From: Cladosporium halotolerans
Taxonomy: Eukaryota
NCBI RefSeq assembly: GCF_011745625.1
Contig: NW_027191480.1
Span: 1-64,000 of the forward strand
DNA: 64,000 nucleotides
Direction: 5' to 3'
This document shows, piece by piece, positions 25,601 through 40,141 of the stretch; position 1 is the stretch's first letter; each line of letters starts with the position of its first letter. The notes beneath the pieces are model-generated. The model was not told the DNA's origin. It made no database searches and was given only the letters and a program-made list of their open reading frames with translations. The translations under genes and the position numbers were made by a program.

Positions 25601-28600
25601 AGCGCATTCTGTCCGCTGTCTCTCAGCAGATTCAAAACATCCAGGTCGGCTTGCGCAAGCGTGTGACGGACCCGAACGCACAGATCGATCTCGTCGGACG
25701 GCAACTGAAGGTCCACCCCCTCACTGGCATGTTTATCACCATGAACCCTGGCTACGCTGGCCGTTCCAACCTTCCGGACAACTTGAAGAAGCTGTTCCGC
25801 AGCGTTGCCATGTCGAAGCCGGACAAGGAGATCATTGCCGAAGTTATGCTCTTCTCGCAGGGTTTCACCGAGGCCAAGCCTCTCTCGAGACAGACGGTGC
25901 CCTTCTTCGACAAGTGCAGCACATCGCTTTCCAAACAGCCGCATTACGATTTCGGTCTCAGAGCTCTAAAGAGTGTGCTCGTCAGTTCTGGTGGCCTCAA
26001 GCGCTTGAGGATCCAGGGCGGCGCCGAGAAGACTGACAGCGCGAGCATGGAGCCTCAGATCATCGTTCAGAGTATCCGAGAGACGATCGCGCCGAAGCTG
26101 GTGCGCAGCGACGCGAAGCTGCTCGAGGAGATCGAGACGGAGATGTTCCCGGGCGTGCAATACGTTCCCGCATCCTTGGAGGAGCTTCGCAAGGCTTTGC
26201 ACGAGGTCGTCGAAGAGCGCAATCTCGTTGCCACTGATGCCTGGATGACCAAGGTCCTCCAGCTCTACCAGATCCAGAACTTGCACCATGGTGTCATGAT
26301 GGTTGGTAGTTCCGGTACTGGCAAGTCTAATGCCTGGAGGACGCTGCTCGCTGCGCTGCAGAGGGTCGACGGTGTCGAGGGCATTTGCCACGTCATTGAC
26401 CCGAAGGTCATGTCTAAGGAAAGCCTGTACGGTAGCCTGGACAGCACTACGCGCGAGTGGACCGACGGTCTCTTCACTAGCATCCTGCGCAAGGTTGTCG
26501 ATAACCTGCGTGGAGAGGAGAGCAAGCGTCATTGGATTATCTTCGATGGTGATGTCGATCCTGAATGGGTCGAGAACTTAAACAGTGTGTTGGACGACAA
26601 CAAGCTGCTCACTCTGCCAAATGGTGAGCGTCTCGGTCTGCCCTCGAATGTCCGCATCATGTTCGAAGTTGAAACGCTCAAATACGCCACGCTTGCGACC
26701 GTCAGTCGTTGCGGTATGGTTTGGTTCAGCGATGACACCGTTGAGGTCGGTGTCATGCTCTCTCGCTATGTCGCTCAGCTCCGCACGACTACATTTGAAG
26801 ATCTGGATGACGAAGGTGCCACTCCTGCATCGGCTGAGTCAAGACTCTCAGTGCAGAATATCATGGCCGACATTCTGGAACAGCGCCTTACCACCAACGA
26901 CTTCGTCTCGAAGGCTCTGGCGCAGAGCCAGGATTACCGTCACATCATGGACTTCACCCACATTCGTGCTTTGGGCACGCTTTTCTCGCTGCTGCGCAAG
27001 GCTTGCCGCTCAGTGCTCGAGTACAACATTCAACACTCTGACTTCCCTCTTTCCGATGAGCAGGTCGAGGCTTACCTCTCAAAGAAGGTACTTCTCGCCG
27101 CTGTCTGGTCCTTTACAGGTGACTGTCCGCTCGTGGAGCGCAAGGCTTTCGGCGATTATCTTGCCGGCCTCGCTACGTTCGACGTGCCTGTGCTCACAGA
27201 CACTGCATCATTGATCGACTACGATGTGGTTCTGCCTAACGCAGCCTGGACTCCCTGGCAGACGCAGGTGCCTTCGATCGAAGTCAACACTCACTCAGTT
27301 ACTCAGACAGACCTTGTCATTCCGACGCTGGACACTGTCCGCCACGAGGAAGTACTGTACTCCTTCCTTGCCGAACACAAGCCTTTGCTTCTGTGCGGTC
27401 CTCCTGGTTCGGGTAAGACGATGACGCTGTTCAGCGCCCTCCGCAAGCTGCCCAACATGGAAGTGGTTGGCCTCAACTTTTCCAGTGCCACTACTCCCGA
27501 TCTGCTTGTCAAGACTCTGGAGCAGTACTGTGATTACCGCAAGACTCTCAGCGGTGTCACAATGGCTCCGAGGCAGATTGGTCGCTGGCTGGTCGTCTTC
27601 TGCGACGAGATCAACTTGCCCGCCCCCGACCAGTATGGTACTCAGCGCGTCATCTCGTTCTTGCGTCAGCTCGTCGAACACAGCGGCTTCTGGCGCACTT
27701 CGACCAAGACCTGGGTCAGTCTCGAGCGCATTCAGTTCGTCGGTGCTTGTAACCCGCCTACAGACGCTGGTCGTACGCCTCTTGGCTTGCGATTTCTCCG
27801 TCACTCGCCTCTGATCATGGTCGACTACCCTGGCGAGCTGTCTCTCACCCAGATCTACGGCACCTTCAACAATGCGATCCTCAAGATCATCCCCACGCTT
27901 CGTGGTTACGCAGAGGCCTTGACCTCCTCGATGATCCAGGTGTACATGCAGTCGCAGAGGCGCTTTACGCCTGACATTCAGCCACACTACGTCTACTCGC
28001 CTCGTGAGCTCACTAGATGGGTTCGCGCTATTTACGAGGCAATCAGGCCGCTGGAGACGTTGTCTCTGGAAGGCCTTGTCAGGATCTGGGCTCACGAAGC
28101 TCTGCGTCTGTTCTCTGACCGTTTGATTGCGGACGATGAGCGCCAGTGGACTGAAGAGACAGTCAACCGTATCGCGCTTGAGCACTTCCCCAACATCGAT
28201 GAAGATGCAGCTCTGCAGCGACCTATCCTCTTCTCTAACTGGCTCTCCAAGAACTACGTGCCGGTCCGCAGAGATGAGCTCCGCGACTTCGTCAAGGCTA
28301 GACTGCGCACCTTCTGTGAGGAAGAGCTCGATGTCCCGCTCATCCTTTTCAACGACGTCCTGGAACATGTGCTGCGCATTGACCGTGTCTTCCGCCAGCC
28401 GCAAGGTCATCTCATCCTAATCGGTGTCAGCGGTAGTGGCAAGACTACCCTGTCCCGCTTTGTGGCCTGGATGAACGGCCTGTCTGTCTTCCAGATCAAG
28501 GTTCACGGCAAGTACTCCGCCGAGGACTTCGATGAGGATCTTCGCAATGTTCTTCGCCGCTGTGGTTGCAAGGGTGAAAAGATTTGCTTCATCATGGACG

Positions 28601-31600
28601 AGTCCAACGTTCTTGACTCTGGTTTCTTGGAGCGCATGAACACGCTCCTCGCCAACGGTGAAGTCCCCGGTCTCTTTGAAGGCGACGAGTACGCTACTTT
28701 GATGACCGCTTGCAAGGAAGGCGCGCAGCGTCAAGGCCTCCTGCTCGACTCCCAGGAGGAGCTGTACAAGTGGTTCACCCAGCAGATCGTCCGCAACCTG
28801 CACGTTGTGTTCACCATGAACCCGCCCACTGGAGGCCTTTCGTCCAAGGCTGCCACCAGTCCTGCACTTTTCAACCGTTGCGTACTTAATTGGTTCGGTG
28901 ACTGGTCTGATCAGGCGCTCTACCAGGTGGCTTACGAGCTCACGCAATCTGTTGACATCGACAGAGGCAATTACACTTCTCCCGACACCCTCCCTATCGA
29001 GTACAACCAGCTCCCCACGCCGCTGTCGCACAGGGATGCCATCGTCAATTCGATGGTGCACGTTCACCACTCCATCCACAAGTTCAACAGTCGCCTCCGG
29101 CAGCAACAGAACAAGATCACGTTCCAGACGCCACGTCAATTCCTGGACTTCACCGCCCAGTTCGTCCAGCTGCTTAACGAGAAGCGCGATGATCTTGAAG
29201 AACAGCAGAGGCATTTGAACGTCGGTCTAGACAAGTTGAGGGAGACTCTTGCGAAGGTTTCGGACCTGAAGAAGAGTCTTGCAGAGAAGAAGTCGGAGCT
29301 TGAAAGGAAGGACGCCGAAGCCAGCGAGAAACTCAACCGCATGTTGGCTGACCAGAAGGAGGCCGAGCAGCGCCGCGCTGCTTCGCTCGAAATCCAGGTC
29401 GCGCTCGAGAAGCAAAACAAGGAGGTGGCGGAACGTAAGGAAGTCGTCCTCAGCGATCTCGCCAAAGCTGAGCCCGCCGTCGCCGAGGCGCAACGCAGCG
29501 TCAGCAACATCAAGCGCCAGCACCTCACTGAAGTCAGGTCGATGCAGAACCCGCCGTCTGGTGTCAAGCTTGCCTTGGAAGCCGTTTGCACTCTACTGGG
29601 CAACAAGGCCACGGACTGGAAGAGCATCGTGTCGATCATTCGCAAGGATGACTTTATTGCTAGCATCGTCAATTACGACAACGAGAAGCAGATGACGCCG
29701 TCGCACCGCAGGAAGATGAGATCGGACTATCTGTCCAACGAGGACTTCACTTTCGAGCGTGTCAACCGTGCAAGCAAGGCTTGCGGACCGCTCGTGCAAT
29801 GGGTTGAGGCGCAAGTCATGTACTCTGAGATTCTCGACCGCGTCGGACCGCTGAGAGAAGAGGTCGACGTTCTTGAGGATCGAGCACTGCAGACACAGGC
29901 AGAAGCCAAGATGATTGAGAACACCCTTGTTGAGCTTGAACAGTCTATCGCGACGTACAAGTCTGAGTACGCGGCGCTCATCAGTCAGACTGAGGCCATC
30001 AAGGCCGAGATGACCCGCGTGCAGTCCAAGGTCAACCGCAGCATGCGTTTGCTGGACAGCCTGTCGTCCGAGCGAGTTCGCTGGGAGGAGAGCAGCACGA
30101 CGTTCGAGGCACAGATGCGCACGCTCATTGGAGATGTGTTCCTTGCCGCTGCCTTCCTTGCTTATGGCGGTCTTTACGATCAACAATACCGCCGTGCCAT
30201 GTTGGAAGATTGGTCGCAGCATCTGTCTGCGTCCGGCATCCAGTTCAAGAGCGAAAACCCCATGTCGGAGTACCTCTCCACCGCAGACGAGAGGCAGCAG
30301 TGGCACGACCACGCTCTGCCCGTCGACGAGCTTTGCACGGAGAATGCCATCATGCTCAAGAGGTACAACAGGTACCCGTTGATCATCGATCCTTCTGGTC
30401 GCATCACAGACTTCCTGCAGAACGAGAGCAAGGAACGCCGCTTGACCGTGACCAGCTTCTTGGACAGCTCATTCGTCAAACAGCTTGAGAGTGCCCTGCG
30501 TTTCGGCAACCCCATCTTGATCCAGGACGCAGAGCACATCGACCCCATCCTAAACCAGGTCCTCAACAAAGAGTACCAGAAGACTGGTGGTCGTGTTCTC
30601 ATCCAGCTTGGCAGGCAAGATATCGACTTTTCGCCGGCGTTCAAGCTCTACCTGTCTACGCGTGACCCCTCTGCCATGTTCGCTCCAGATGTGTGCAGCA
30701 GAACGACATTCGTCAACTTCACAGTCACTCAGAGCAGCTTGAAGACTCAGACTCTCAACGACGTCCTCAAGTCCGAGCGTCCGGATGTCGATGAGCGCCG
30801 GTCTAACCTTGTCAAGATGCAAGGCGAGTTCACTCACCGCCTGCGCAGACTCGAGCGCATGCTTCTGCAAGCTCTCAACGACTCGCGTGGCAACATCCTC
30901 GACGACGAAAATGTCATCCAGACGCTCGAGACGCTCAAAAACGAAGCAGCAGAGATCACGACCAAGGCGGCCGAGACCGAGGGTGTCATGGGCGAAGTTA
31001 ATAACATCATGAGCACCTACGACATCATCGCCAGGTCTTGCTCGGCCATCTTCGCCGTGCTAGAACAGCTATACCACATCCACCACTTCTACCAGTTCTC
31101 CCTGCAGTACTTCGTCGATATCTTCGAGAAGGTACTCGCAGCCGCTCGCGCCTCGGCAGAGCGTGAACCGAGAACCCGTGTCGATGCAATCTTGAGAGAC
31201 CTATTCAGCACTACGTACCGTGAGACGTCCGTCTCGCTCCTGCAGAAGGACCGTCTGACGTTTGCTGTGCTCCTCGCTCAGGCAGCGCCCTTCCCTATGG
31301 ACAAGTCCATCATTGACATCCTGCTAGATCCGCAAGTCAAGAGTGCCGATGTGAGCTCTAACCCTGAGGTCAAGACTCAAGCCATGACAGCCGCATCAAA
31401 CTTCGGTGTTCTCAAGGACGTCCTTGCGAAGGCTGACGAGGCCAGCTTTGAGAAGTTTTTCGGCGAAGAGAATGCGGAGACGTGTGTGCCTGGCTTGGAA
31501 GAGGAGAAGAACGCCAACAACAAGGCGCTCAAGGAGCTGCTGATGGTCAAGCTGATGAGGATCGATCGCTTGGTGCCGGCAACGGAGCGCTTCGTCGCCA

Positions 31601-32655
31601 CTGTCTTCGGTAGCGAGTTCCTGGACGTTACTGAGGACCTCGCCCGCATTGTCAAGGAGATCCCGTCTGGCGCTCCCGTTGCGCTCTGCGCCAGCCCTGG
31701 GTTCGACGCATCCTACAAGGTCGATCAGCTCGTCGAACGTACCTCCGCAACCTGTGCCAACGTCGCCATGGGTTCTAACGAAAGCATTGCCAGCGCCGAC
31801 GCTGCACTAGCAGGTGCCGCTGCCAACGGATCGTGGGTCCAGATCAAGAACGTCCACCTTGCTGCTGAATGGCTCCAGAATCTGGTCAAGCGCATCGACT
31901 CTCTCAAGCCGCACGCCGACTTCCGCCTCTTCCTATCCATGGAGACAAGCGAGAAGATCCCGTCGTCCCTGCTCCGCGCCTCCCGCGTCCTCATGTACGA
32001 GCAGCCCGCCGGCATTCGCGCCAACATGCGCGACTCGCTCTCCTCCCTGCCCGACAAGGCCGTGCAGCAGCCCGTAGAGAAGGCCCGCGTCCACTTCCTG
32101 CTCTCCTACCTGCACGCCGTCGTCCAGGAGCGCCTCCGTTACGCCCCGCGCCTGGGCTGGAAGAGCTTCTGGGAGTTCAACGACGCCGATTACGACTGCT
32201 CCGCCTTCGTCATCCAGTGGTGGGTCGACCAGGTCGGCCGTGGCCGCTCCAACGTCGCCCCGCGCAGCATTCCCTGGGAGATTCTCCGCGTGCTCATCAC
32301 GGAGCTGTACGGCGGCAAGGTCGACGATGCGGAAGACTTCGCGGCTCTCACGGGCTTGGTCTTCAAGACGCTCACGCCGGATGCCTTCGAGGACGGCTTC
32401 AATGTTATTGGAGAGGTCGCGGGCGATGCGAGCGTAGGCATCGCTCTGCCAGGCGGTACAAGCAAGGCTGATTTCCTTGCTTGGGTCAACAAGGAGCTGC
32501 CAGAGCGCGAGCCGCCGACCTACCTGGGCCTGCCGGCTAATGCCGAGAAGTTGCTGTTGGTGGCGCATGCGGAGGATATGTTGAAGGGCATGAAGAGAGT
32601 GATGGATGTGCTGGATGAAGGAGAAAGCGTGATGGCGGAGGTTGAGGAGGCTTAA
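19687..32655 (+). CDS. DYN1: Cytoplasmic dynein heavy chain, 4322 aa, single open reading frame
   Basis: Four P-loops [24 protein letters not shown] and GVSGSGKT, plus CFDEFNR and a coiled-coil stalk. Size fits fungal nudA/ro-1 orthologues. Confidence 0.98.
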   Translation: MEDPVVQGANGVANGTPPAPTPNAVDPQDIIKYLSSVLEVTLGASKEELKSQGSLLEESLLEDTLARCTRFALEAQVALYVLKEAAVGGSGAQANGDSEEEQAVYTLSSDLTYSSRTLGCVAFLKRPSPITSDLPVSKQLSVVNLPLSGILGNSADSGSTLSPYESLHSLLRGAIAPFFEAAARGSEPSSDKLRSDGDSRTGITGARRRLAELDSSLLNLLQNSEVSEPKLQIHEAVYKQLEDSQGDVTAAIAQIPDNVVSNSGILNKLQAMANDWIRQIREFTKQADERPVGSATQEKNFWLAMESAIESIEEQLAGPGVQLTMKILEKAKRHGVTASFQSDTGLKEAKDRVQRYNQLFHGFPIEEVLNATTIEKLQDAIEQVFSHLNKKLRICPYPVKRALPLVEAISADLDSRIHNLIHGRTLMQMSFEDFKKIIATVNDLWSVWDDQLKEFTNVAREVTRRRNDKFIPIKIQKKHDKTQDRLEYIENFRTNHEQLQRTISNVLGPEDEGAEALGGPAAPVIVEEMGDVDAVEEISQAYTAVKDVDVLDTSPDGERLWAQAEAAYNERTARVENSIIARLRDRLAVAKTANEMFRVFSRFNALFVRPKIRGAISDHQTQLINNVKDDIDALQVRFTHQYGQSEAHAMAQLHDVPPISGAIIRARQVERQLDSYMSKIEDILGSKWAQHTEGQRLFALGERFRERLDTKPIFDDWLRDITRRSLSISGRLFTIHQNRIKGNQLEVHVNFDSQVITLFKEVRNLLWLNFNVPHSITNVSKEARRVYPFAVSLMESLNTYDQTNMTIQSMPQVSILLSNYRNAVQAFVAKGAPLRWDTFVLAYDVHIRQVSSDGDPTGRVEDNKHVQFVRDLGNSITTLQAKVSTLSSIQVNADAALRELQTCGFVQDSFRSHLEAMQRAVDQLNLESYANIPFWVAKTNEKIVEALHTRLQQALKDWSEDFEDPAHSGEKEAGTPNIETFNHDVVMQNQTIQLEPPLEDARAGWLANLQEWLATVCDLPRVQASRFESALTVGVSKSSTTYAELPAMSMDSLATLYERIEAKIAVAQTYVDEWLQFQSLWDLQLDQVQDDIGEDLELWLQLIQELRQKRETFDTSGMRRSFGHLVINYEQVQAKVNAKYDQWQHELLGHFAGLFATRLVDVYAELQKSRKDLEGQSMQTSSTSQAVSFITVVQTCKRKAKVWGPDMETFRQGQQTLSRLRYQYPKDWMYVEQVDHEWTALQEVLERKSKLIADQTDALRAKISAEDGVVSRRVAEITEKWNEERPVAGSIPPAEAVATLDNFDSELSQLSEQAEMVSKAKEALELPASPDNMLSTLLEEVQDFKSVWANLSIVWDQINDLRDQPWNSIQPRKLRQQIDNLIKTTKEMPSRMRQYAAFEHVQNVLRQLLKVNPLLTEMRSDAVRERHWVKIFKNLQPSKRYSAISMTLGDVWDLQLGPSEAIIRDVITQAQGEMALEEFVRSVREHWQNYTLDLVNYQNKCRLIRGWDDLFAKCSDHLNSLQAMRHSPYYKEFEEEASSWEDKLNRIHVLFDVWIDVQRQWVYLEGVFTGNADIKHLLPVESSRFANINSEFMAVLKKVYRSPQVLEVLNIPDVQRSLERLADLLNKIQKALGEYLEKERIAFPRFYFVGDEDLLEIIGNANDTLRIAKHLRKMFAGISGVVMDDESNIRGLTSKEGEQVMLRKPISLTATPKINEWLKALEDNMRETLSENLSEAVHDFQNIGEDNDDVFESFLSAYPAQIVVLATQACWTSDVNAALEKGGSALQTLFDAQVNRLKFLASTVLKNLDPLFRKKCEQLITEFVHQRDGIEKLIQGGADSPNHYLWLLMMRYEFDPSAAPLDRMQIKVANATLAYGFEYLGVPERLVRTPLTDRCFLTLSQALCQRLGGSPYGPAGTGKTESVKALGVQLGRFTLVFNCDDTFDFQAMGRIFLGISQVGAWGCFDEFNRLEERILSAVSQQIQNIQVGLRKRVTDPNAQIDLVGRQLKVHPLTGMFITMNPGYAGRSNLPDNLKKLFRSVAMSKPDKEIIAEVMLFSQGFTEAKPLSRQTVPFFDKCSTSLSKQPHYDFGLRALKSVLVSSGGLKRLRIQGGAEKTDSASMEPQIIVQSIRETIAPKLVRSDAKLLEEIETEMFPGVQYVPASLEELRKALHEVVEERNLVATDAWMTKVLQLYQIQNLHHGVMMVGSSGTGKSNAWRTLLAALQRVDGVEGICHVIDPKVMSKESLYGSLDSTTREWTDGLFTSILRKVVDNLRGEESKRHWIIFDGDVDPEWVENLNSVLDDNKLLTLPNGERLGLPSNVRIMFEVETLKYATLATVSRCGMVWFSDDTVEVGVMLSRYVAQLRTTTFEDLDDEGATPASAESRLSVQNIMADILEQRLTTNDFVSKALAQSQDYRHIMDFTHIRALGTLFSLLRKACRSVLEYNIQHSDFPLSDEQVEAYLSKKVLLAAVWSFTGDCPLVERKAFGDYLAGLATFDVPVLTDTASLIDYDVVLPNAAWTPWQTQVPSIEVNTHSVTQTDLVIPTLDTVRHEEVLYSFLAEHKPLLLCGPPGSGKTMTLFSALRKLPNMEVVGLNFSSATTPDLLVKTLEQYCDYRKTLSGVTMAPRQIGRWLVVFCDEINLPAPDQYGTQRVISFLRQLVEHSGFWRTSTKTWVSLERIQFVGACNPPTDAGRTPLGLRFLRHSPLIMVDYPGELSLTQIYGTFNNAILKIIPTLRGYAEALTSSMIQVYMQSQRRFTPDIQPHYVYSPRELTRWVRAIYEAIRPLETLSLEGLVRIWAHEALRLFSDRLIADDERQWTEETVNRIALEHFPNIDEDAALQRPILFSNWLSKNYVPVRRDELRDFVKARLRTFCEEELDVPLILFNDVLEHVLRIDRVFRQPQGHLILIGVSGSGKTTLSRFVAWMNGLSVFQIKVHGKYSAEDFDEDLRNVLRRCGCKGEKICFIMDESNVLDSGFLERMNTLLANGEVPGLFEGDEYATLMTACKEGAQRQGLLLDSQEELYKWFTQQIVRNLHVVFTMNPPTGGLSSKAATSPALFNRCVLNWFGDWSDQALYQVAYELTQSVDIDRGNYTSPDTLPIEYNQLPTPLSHRDAIVNSMVHVHHSIHKFNSRLRQQQNKITFQTPRQFLDFTAQFVQLLNEKRDDLEEQQRHLNVGLDKLRETLAKVSDLKKSLAEKKSELERKDAEASEKLNRMLADQKEAEQRRAASLEIQVALEKQNKEVAERKEVVLSDLAKAEPAVAEAQRSVSNIKRQHLTEVRSMQNPPSGVKLALEAVCTLLGNKATDWKSIVSIIRKDDFIASIVNYDNEKQMTPSHRRKMRSDYLSNEDFTFERVNRASKACGPLVQWVEAQVMYSEILDRVGPLREEVDVLEDRALQTQAEAKMIENTLVELEQSIATYKSEYAALISQTEAIKAEMTRVQSKVNRSMRLLDSLSSERVRWEESSTTFEAQMRTLIGDVFLAAAFLAYGGLYDQQYRRAMLEDWSQHLSASGIQFKSENPMSEYLSTADERQQWHDHALPVDELCTENAIMLKRYNRYPLIIDPSGRITDFLQNESKERRLTVTSFLDSSFVKQLESALRFGNPILIQDAEHIDPILNQVLNKEYQKTGGRVLIQLGRQDIDFSPAFKLYLSTRDPSAMFAPDVCSRTTFVNFTVTQSSLKTQTLNDVLKSERPDVDERRSNLVKMQGEFTHRLRRLERMLLQALNDSRGNILDDENVIQTLETLKNEAAEITTKAAETEGVMGEVNNIMSTYDIIARSCSAIFAVLEQLYHIHHFYQFSLQYFVDIFEKVLAAARASAEREPRTRVDAILRDLFSTTYRETSVSLLQKDRLTFAVLLAQAAPFPMDKSIIDILLDPQVKSADVSSNPEVKTQAMTAASNFGVLKDVLAKADEASFEKFFGEENAETCVPGLEEEKNANNKALKELLMVKLMRIDRLVPATERFVATVFGSEFLDVTEDLARIVKEIPSGAPVALCASPGFDASYKVDQLVERTSATCANVAMGSNESIASADAALAGAAANGSWVQIKNVHLAAEWLQNLVKRIDSLKPHADFRLFLSMETSEKIPSSLLRASRVLMYEQPAGIRANMRDSLSSLPDKAVQQPVEKARVHFLLSYLHAVVQERLRYAPRLGWKSFWEFNDADYDCSAFVIQWWVDQVGRGRSNVAPRSIPWEILRVLITELYGGKVDDAEDFAALTGLVFKTLTPDAFEDGFNVIGEVAGDASVGIALPGGTSKADFLAWVNKELPEREPPTYLGLPANAEKLLLVAHAEDMLKGMKRVMDVLDEGESVMAEVEEA

Positions 32656-33111
32656 AGAAGAGAAAGGGAAGGAAGATGGGCTGAGTGAAGGTGTTTTTTT
32701 CTTTTTGTCTGTTTGGTGTGGTTCAGGCTTTTCAGGCTTGCATTGGGAAGGCGTTTGGTTGGTTTGAAGGGGTTCAAGGTGGCATTTCTTGATTCTTGTC
32801 CAGTGTGAATCGCGCCTATACCCCCAAACGGTTGTTCGTGCTAGATTGCGATTTCTGATCATGGGTTTTTATAGCTTGTAGATTCTTCAGTGTGTTCTTC
32901 AATTTCGATTCCATGTCTCGTCATAGATATGAACGACCTCTTCATTTCTCATCTGGCCTTGGGGCCGCCCTCTTCGACTTCATTGCCTTTGCTAAAGCTT
33001 TCTCGAGAAATTCGATGGAGACGTAAATGGGAAAACGTTGCGAATGATGGAAACCAGAATGAACGCCAAGAAAAGCACAAGAACCACCCGCAGCTCCTCT
33101 CGCCACCGGGC

Positions 33112-34530
33112 TCAATCCTTCTTCTTCGAATACCTCGGCAGCCCAAGCCACAACAGCCAAATTACCGCCAACAGCGCCAAAATAATCGGCTGCAACACCT
33201 GGACACCCTTCGCTTGAGCCAGAACACCAACCGCAAAAGGAAAGATGGCTCCACCACTGCCACCAAACGCCGCCGCGAACCCAATCGACGACACATGCAA
33301 ATGCTTCGGTAACAGGCGCGTCATTACCACAACCGCAGCCGGGAACAGAGGGCCCAGGAAGAAGCCCTGGACGGACACGGCCACGGCCGACACGTAAAAC
33401 TGCGGCACCAGCCAGAACAGCAGCTGCAAACCCATGGACACCGGCAGGTAAATCATGATCGCGAGCCGCTCGCCGATACGCGGCGTCACGAAGCCCAGAA
33501 TCACCCGCCCGACAGTAATGCCCAGCCAGAAGCCCGTGGCCACCATGCCGGAGGCGAACGCCGCGCCGCGGCGCACGTCCATCATGAAAACGACGATCCA
33601 GCCGCCCAGCGCAACCTCCGCACCCACGTAGCCGAGAAGGAACAGTGAGCAGAGCCAGGTAGTGCGCGCGGCGGGCAGGCGGGCAACTGCCTCGCGCAGG
33701 CGCGAGCCGGCGGCCTCGGACGTGCGCGGGTGCGAGGCGCGGAAGGCGGCGCCGTCGGCCTTCCAGAAAGCGCTGAGGGACGTCGCGAGCTCCAGCGTCG
33801 CGGCGCCGATCATCACGTAGTACCAGGAATACCAGGGCAGGCCGGCGCGGGCGATCATGGAGGTGGCGATGAGGGGCGCGACGACGGCGCCGGCGCCGTA
33901 CAGCCCGTGCAGGATGCCGAGCAGCTCGTTGGCGTTGGCCATGGCGCCGATCCACGCGTTCCAGCCGGAGTCCTCGAGCCCGTTGCCCAGGCCGGCGAGC
34001 ATGAAGGCGATGACGAGGACGGGGTAGGGCGGGTGCACGGCGATGACGACGTAGGCGACGAGGTGGCAGAAGGGGCCCATGAAGGCGACGCCGCGCTGGC
34101 CGAATTTCATGTGCACCGCGTTGTTGATGAGGGCGGCGAGCGTATAGCCGACGAAGGGCGAGAGGAAGACAAGCGAGATGATGGTGTAGGAGAGCTGGTA
34201 GTATTCTTCGAGGTAGGGGATGATGGCGCCGTAGGTTGCATCGTTCATGCCCGCGACGGCGAAGGCCCAGTTGACTGCTGGGAAGCGGTACAGGTTGATG
34301 CGTGGGTAGTTCCATTTCTCGACTTGGTCCATGGAGGCCACGGATGGTGATGGGAGAGTTTCGTTCCGGTCTTGCGAGTTCGCATCGTCGTTCAGAGTTC
34401 GTCCTCCAGAGCCAGAAGATGCCCTGGTAATGCTGACAGGCCTGTCATCTTTGAGTCTGGCAGGCTGCAGCTCCATCGGCTCTTCCATGAGCACAGTGGA
34501 AGATCCACCGTTCCGATGTTCGACGCTCAT
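33112..34530 (-). CDS. Major facilitator superfamily transporter (Bsc6 / fucose-permease-like), ~472 aa
   Basis: About 12 hydrophobic segments and motifs GMNDATYGAIIPY, LGILHGLYGAGA, GAEVALGGW and FWLGITVGR. The start codon is uncertain. Confidence 0.88.
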   Translation of the reverse strand: MSVEHRNGGSSTVLMEEPMELQPARLKDDRPVSITRASSGSGGRTLNDDANSQDRNETLPSPSVASMDQVEKWNYPRINLYRFPAVNWAFAVAGMNDATYGAIIPYLEEYYQLSYTIISLVFLSPFVGYTLAALINNAVHMKFGQRGVAFMGPFCHLVAYVVIAVHPPYPVLVIAFMLAGLGNGLEDSGWNAWIGAMANANELLGILHGLYGAGAVVAPLIATSMIARAGLPWYSWYYVMIGAATLELATSLSAFWKADGAAFRASHPRTSEAAGSRLREAVARLPAARTTWLCSLFLLGYVGAEVALGGWIVVFMMDVRRGAAFASGMVATGFWLGITVGRVILGFVTPRIGERLAIMIYLPVSMGLQLLFWLVPQFYVSAVAVSVQGFFLGPLFPAAVVVMTRLLPKHLHVSSIGFAAAFGGSGGAIFPFAVGVLAQAKGVQVLQPIILALLAVIWLLWLGLPRYSKKKD

Positions 34531-35687
34531 CTCCGTTGCAGCGCAGGACAAGTCAGGACGAGCCGATACCTTATATCTCCAGGCGATGGAAGAAGAAAAC
34601 AAAGTCGAAGCAGAAAAGACCTACCGCAGTGAAAATAGGACAGACAACCCTGTCGTATATGTATATGTACGGGCAGACACAGAAGTAGCCTTACGCCCGC
34701 CCGGCGGTCCACGTGTTGTCGCGAATCTCCAAGAACAAGACCTCCGCATTGCTCTGCTTGGCGGCCGAAAGTCCCTCCGTAACCTCATGATGAGATGAGG
34801 AGGTGAGGGATTGCCCGAAAGAGACATTCCGCCCGCGCTAGACTTGATTCGGGTTCCGTGGCGCCTGAAGCAAGAGGAAGTGCGGGCCGCTCACGCGAGA
34901 GGGACACAACAATACCTTAGCAGTTTAAATAAGATTCATAAAGCATGTAGGTAAAACCATTAGCATATACGACTATAGGTTAGTAAGAACTAGGTATCCC
35001 GTCCGAAATCCCCTATTCTCACTATCGTTCTCAATTATAGGATCCTAGCGTATTATAGTTAGAAAGCTATAAGAACCCGACCTCTATCCGACTCCTATTA
35101 GGATAGGACTAATAAGGCTTAGTAACTTACAATTATCGAAAGCTAGAACTATACTTATCGAGATTATATTATATTAGATATATATATATATATATATACT
35201 AATAAAAAGCTAGATATAAAAGCTATATATTAGAATTTTAAGCTATAGTATACTAGGAATTATTTATAAATAAAGTCTTCCTAAATAATAGAATATAATT
35301 AGTATTAGACTAGGATAGTATCTTTCCTATTAAGAAAAAATAAATCCTATAATATCTATTTCCTAGAGCTAAAGAGCTATTACTATTAGTTTACTAATCG
35401 CGCTACCTAAGTAAACTTATAGGATTTAGGATTTAGGACTCTAACTCTAAAAAGCGTTAATTCTTATAAGTTAGTTCTAGGAACTAATAACTTTATCTTA
35501 TTATATACTTAATTATATAATTATAATAAAATCTTATTATAGTCTCTTCCTTTAGTCGTATAAGCTCTAAATACTATTTATATATCTTATTATATCTTTA
35601 AATATATCTTTTATTATATACTTTTCTTATATTATACTAAGATAGCTAAAAGTAGAAATATTAAAAAGTATTCTTAGATACTTATAC

Positions 35688-35848
35688 GACTATAAAAAGT
35701 AAGCCCTAGGAGCGTATATAGGCTATACCTATATACTTAGTATTCTACCTCCTTTTAAGTAAACTTAGATAAAGAACTTTCTTCTTATAGTATTAAACTT
35801 ATTAAATACTATAAGGAGCTTTTATATAGACATTACTTTTTTATAATA
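35688..35848 (+). repeat. 5' LTR of the outer element (161 bp)
   Basis: Aligns without gaps to 48304-48464, with differences almost all C/T and G/A. Confidence 0.82.
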
Positions 35849-38800
35849 TTAAGTGCAATTACCTTATATAAATATCCTAAATCCTAATAGTATTATATTA
35901 GAATCTAGAACGATTTAGACGATATCTAATAGTCTAGAATAGAATATATCTAATACTAATATATAATAGATCTTTAAGAAAATATATCTATAGTAATAAT
36001 AGATAGAGAATAAGTTAGTAACTATATATACTACTTTTATAAATATAGAATCTAAGTAATCTACTATAGCTCTTAATATTACTCTTTCTAGTAAACTATC
36101 TATAACTTAGATAATAAGAGTCTTAATAGAGATATTCTCTACTAAACTAATAATAGACTCTAGAATAGAAGTATTAAGCTTTTATAAATAGAAACTACTA
36201 TTATAGAATAGTTAAGTAGAAACGTTCTAAGATTACCTCTTAAAGTTCTATAGCTTATATAGAGTACGATTTACTATAAAACCTATACTATCTATTAAGT
36301 ATAATTAGAATATCGTTTATAGTATCCTATCTATATAAGAATACTCTTATATAAGGTACTTCTAGGAAAAGGAGAATACTACCTATAGTAAAAACTCTAA
36401 AGCTTTCTTTATATAACTTAAAAATATCTTTATAAATAGTAATAAACAAGTGAAAGTCTTAGAACGACTTATATATCTATAATATACTAATAACTAACTA
36501 TAGTATTAATATTAGCTAGAATTTAATAAACTCTTTCTAAGTATAAATAAAGAGAACTAGAATAACGTAATAAAGATTAACTACTTTAAGAATATATTCT
36601 CGAATACTATAAAGATCTATATAATAGCTATTCTAAAAACGATAGATTATTATATATTCTTAGAAGAAGTAGAATAGATTATAACGAACTTTAAGGTAAT
36701 AGACTAATTTAAAACTATCTATAAGAAATAGCTATAGAAGAAGAATAAAAACTCTAAGAGAAATCCTATAATAACTATATATTCCTATAGAGTCTCTACT
36801 ATAACTAGAATAGATACTAATAGTAATACTATAATAATATCTACTTATACTATTAATAACCTCTAAAGAAATAATAGAGTATACTTAAAAGATAATAAAA
36901 AGTAAAAAGCGAAATAGATTAATATTATAGAAAAGAAGAAATATTATAAAGAAAGATACTATTTCTATTATAAAAGTTCTAGATACTAAATATATAAATA
37001 CTCGTATATACTAGTAGTATAGACTCCTAGAATTAATATAGTATATATAAAACCCCTATTAGAAGATAAGAATAATAGTATATACTCTATAGCTTTTAGC
37101 TTAGGAAAAGAGTAATTCTTTTCTAAAATTGAAAGTAGAAAGTAGAAGGAATATTAGTAAACGATTAGAATAGAATCTATAGAGTTATAAATAGAAACCT
37201 AGTATATATAAATATAATCCTTAAAACTAACTTTAGAACTTTAGCTTTTATTAATAAAGATTACTAATATTATACTATAATTAATAAGACTTTTATAAAG
37301 AGTCTTAAACTAAGCTTTATTAGCTACGAAACTTAAAAAGTAAAAAGAGTATTAATAGCTATATAAGACTTAAATATTAAAAAAGTAGTCGTTTTTAACT
37401 TAGAAATTAAAAGATTCTAATAGAAAGTCTATATATATATTATACTTAACTTAGTCTTCCTTCTAATTCTAGATAATCTTTAGAAGATATATAATAAAAT
37501 TAGAATAGTACTAGAAAAGTATTAGTTCTATTATAAAAGAGTAAAATAATAAATACTAAAAGAATATAACTACTATAGTAAAGAGGATAATAGCTCTTTT
37601 ATAATAGTAATAATATTAATATTAATAGATATTATAAAAGCTTTAAAAGTAAAAAAATACTTAATACTAGAAGAACTTAAAAAGAAGCTATTTTTAGAGA
37701 TTTAAGATATAGCTCTACTATTTAATCTAAAGGAAGCTAAAAAACTAGCTTTATATAGAAAATTAGAAATAGACTATAAAATCGAATTCCGCTTATAACT
37801 AGATAGATCCTTATTATCCTTATCCTAAAGCCTTCTATATAGTATATTAAAAAAAGAACTATTTATCTTTAAGAAGATACTTAATAATCTAAAAGTAAAA
37901 AAGTTTATTAAGTCTTCTATTTCTAAAATAGTAGTTCTTATTCTTTTTATCTAAAAACCTAGTAGTAAGCTTTAGTTCTACTATAACTACTATACTTTTA
38001 ATATAATTATAAAGTAAGATTAGTACTTCTTACTACTTATTCTAGAGATCTTATAAAACTTTATAAAAGCCTACTAGCTTATAAAAATAGATATAGTCTC
38101 TATATTTTACTAAATCCGTATAGTAGAAAGCTATAAGTATAAAACTACCTTCTAAACGAGGTTTAGATTATTTAAATAGCTAGTATATCTATTTAGATTA
38201 TCTAAGGCTTTAGCGACTTTCTAATAGTATATTAATACTTTACTATAAGAATACTTAGACGACTTCGTTTTAGTCTATATAGATTATATAATTATCTACT
38301 CTAATAGATTAAAAGACGACTATTTCTATAAAGTATAAATTATATTCTAAAAGCTCTAAGATAGAAACCTATTCTTAAACTTAAAGAAAAGCAAGTTCGC
38401 CTAAAAGGAAATTAAGTATCTAAAGTTTATAGTATATACTAATAGAAAAAAAGTAGGACCTAATATTAAAAAAGTAAAAATAGTTCGAAACTAGAAAGCT
38501 CTAAAAATATAGAAAGAAGTTAGATAGTTTCTTAGATTTATTAACTACTATTATATATTTATCTTATAGTACTTATAAGTAGCTACTCTTTTAATAGTAT
38601 TAATTAGGAAAAGAACTATATTCTTCTAGAGAAAACTAGAAGAAAACGTTTTTAAAAATCTTTAAAATAAATTTTATTAGGTCTTAGTACTTAGTAAATA
38701 GAACCTAATACTTTCTACTTTTCTAAAGATAGACTATAGTAGGTTCGCTTTTAGAAGTATCTTTATCTAAGAAAAGAATAGAATCTAGTATTTTATAAAG

Positions 38801-39777
38801 TTTTTTATCTAAAAACTAAATAAGACTAAGATTAATTATAATATCTATAATAAAAAAACACTAGTAATTATCTACTATCTAAAGTTCTAAATTCTTAAAC
38901 TAAAAGTATATAAACCCTTTATAATATAAATAGACTATAAGAACCTAAAATACTTTATAATTAAAAAGTAGCTATTAGAAAGATAAATTCGTTAATATAA
39001 GACTTTAGCTAAGTTCTAGTTCTTTTTAGTATACTATTTAAAAACTAGGATTATAATACTAGATACTTTTTCTTATAGAGAATAGGATATACTAAATAAT
39101 AACGATAAGCTATCTAGAGTAAAAAGGTTTCTAGTACTAGAATCTATACTAAAATAGCTAGGTCCTAAATAGGAAGAGAAGATAATAGTAAGTACTATAT
39201 AAACTACCTTTTTTACTATCTAGCTTAAATATTAATCTAACTAATAATAATTAAACTCTTATAGTCTTTTTTAGAATAATAAGCTAAATAGACTATAGAT
39301 AGAAATAGTATTAGTAGATAAAACGTACTAAATCGTATTCTAAGTAGTTAGAAATAGTATCTACTTATTATTAAGTATAGTAAAAATAAAAGTATAAGTA
39401 GGCGACTATAGTATAAACTAGAATAGAAACTTTTAATACTATTAGAGGCTTTAAATACTAAGAGCCTCTAATATATTAGAAGCTAATAATTCTAATATAG
39501 ACTATAATAATAAATAGAGGGATATACTATATACTAAAATTATCTAGTTTATATATAATTTCCTAATCTATAAGTATTTAGAATAGGATTCTACTTCTTC
39601 TATTCTAGTTTATAACTTTTATTAGCTATTATAGTTAAAGTAGATATAGTAATTCTTAAGAAACTATAACTATTATAGAAGGAATAAAATATAGAAAGAA
39701 TATAAATATAGACTTCTAAGACTTTTACTAGTATTTAATTAATTCTTTTAAAAGATCTCTATAGACTTTATAACTAA

Positions 39778-40141
39778 TATTATAGGTAGTAGGTAGACTA
39801 TTAGATAGTAGGTATAAGAGTAGAATAAATTAAATACTAAAACTAATTATAGACTAAAGATTAACTTTAATATTAGTCCTATTAATAGGATATAGCTTAA
39901 AGAGCTATATTTAAGTAGAAAAACGAACTTTAAGATAAAGCTAGTCTTTAGTTTACTTTTCTACTATTTTCTTAATTTAGAGTTTTAAAATATTATTATA
40001 TAATTAGTAATATTATTAAGATTATTTACTATAATTTATAATAGTCTAAACTAGAATATAATAGTCTAAACTAGGGTTTCTTAGACTTTATTTATAATAG
40101 TCTAGACTAGAGTCTTAGAGTACTATAGCCTACTTATAATA
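39778..40141 (-). repeat. 3' LTR of the nested element (364 bp)
   Basis: Ends TATTATA...TATAATA (RIPed TG...CA) and aligns with 45409-45792. Confidence 0.9.

Noticed and set aside
12638..32655. Actin-related gene near dynein as a dynein-dynactin cluster
   Set aside because: The protein is Arp3 (Arp2/3 complex), not dynactin Arp1, so the proximity is probably ordinary synteny
35178..35198. (TA)n run
   Set aside because: Ordinary microsatellite in RIPed DNA
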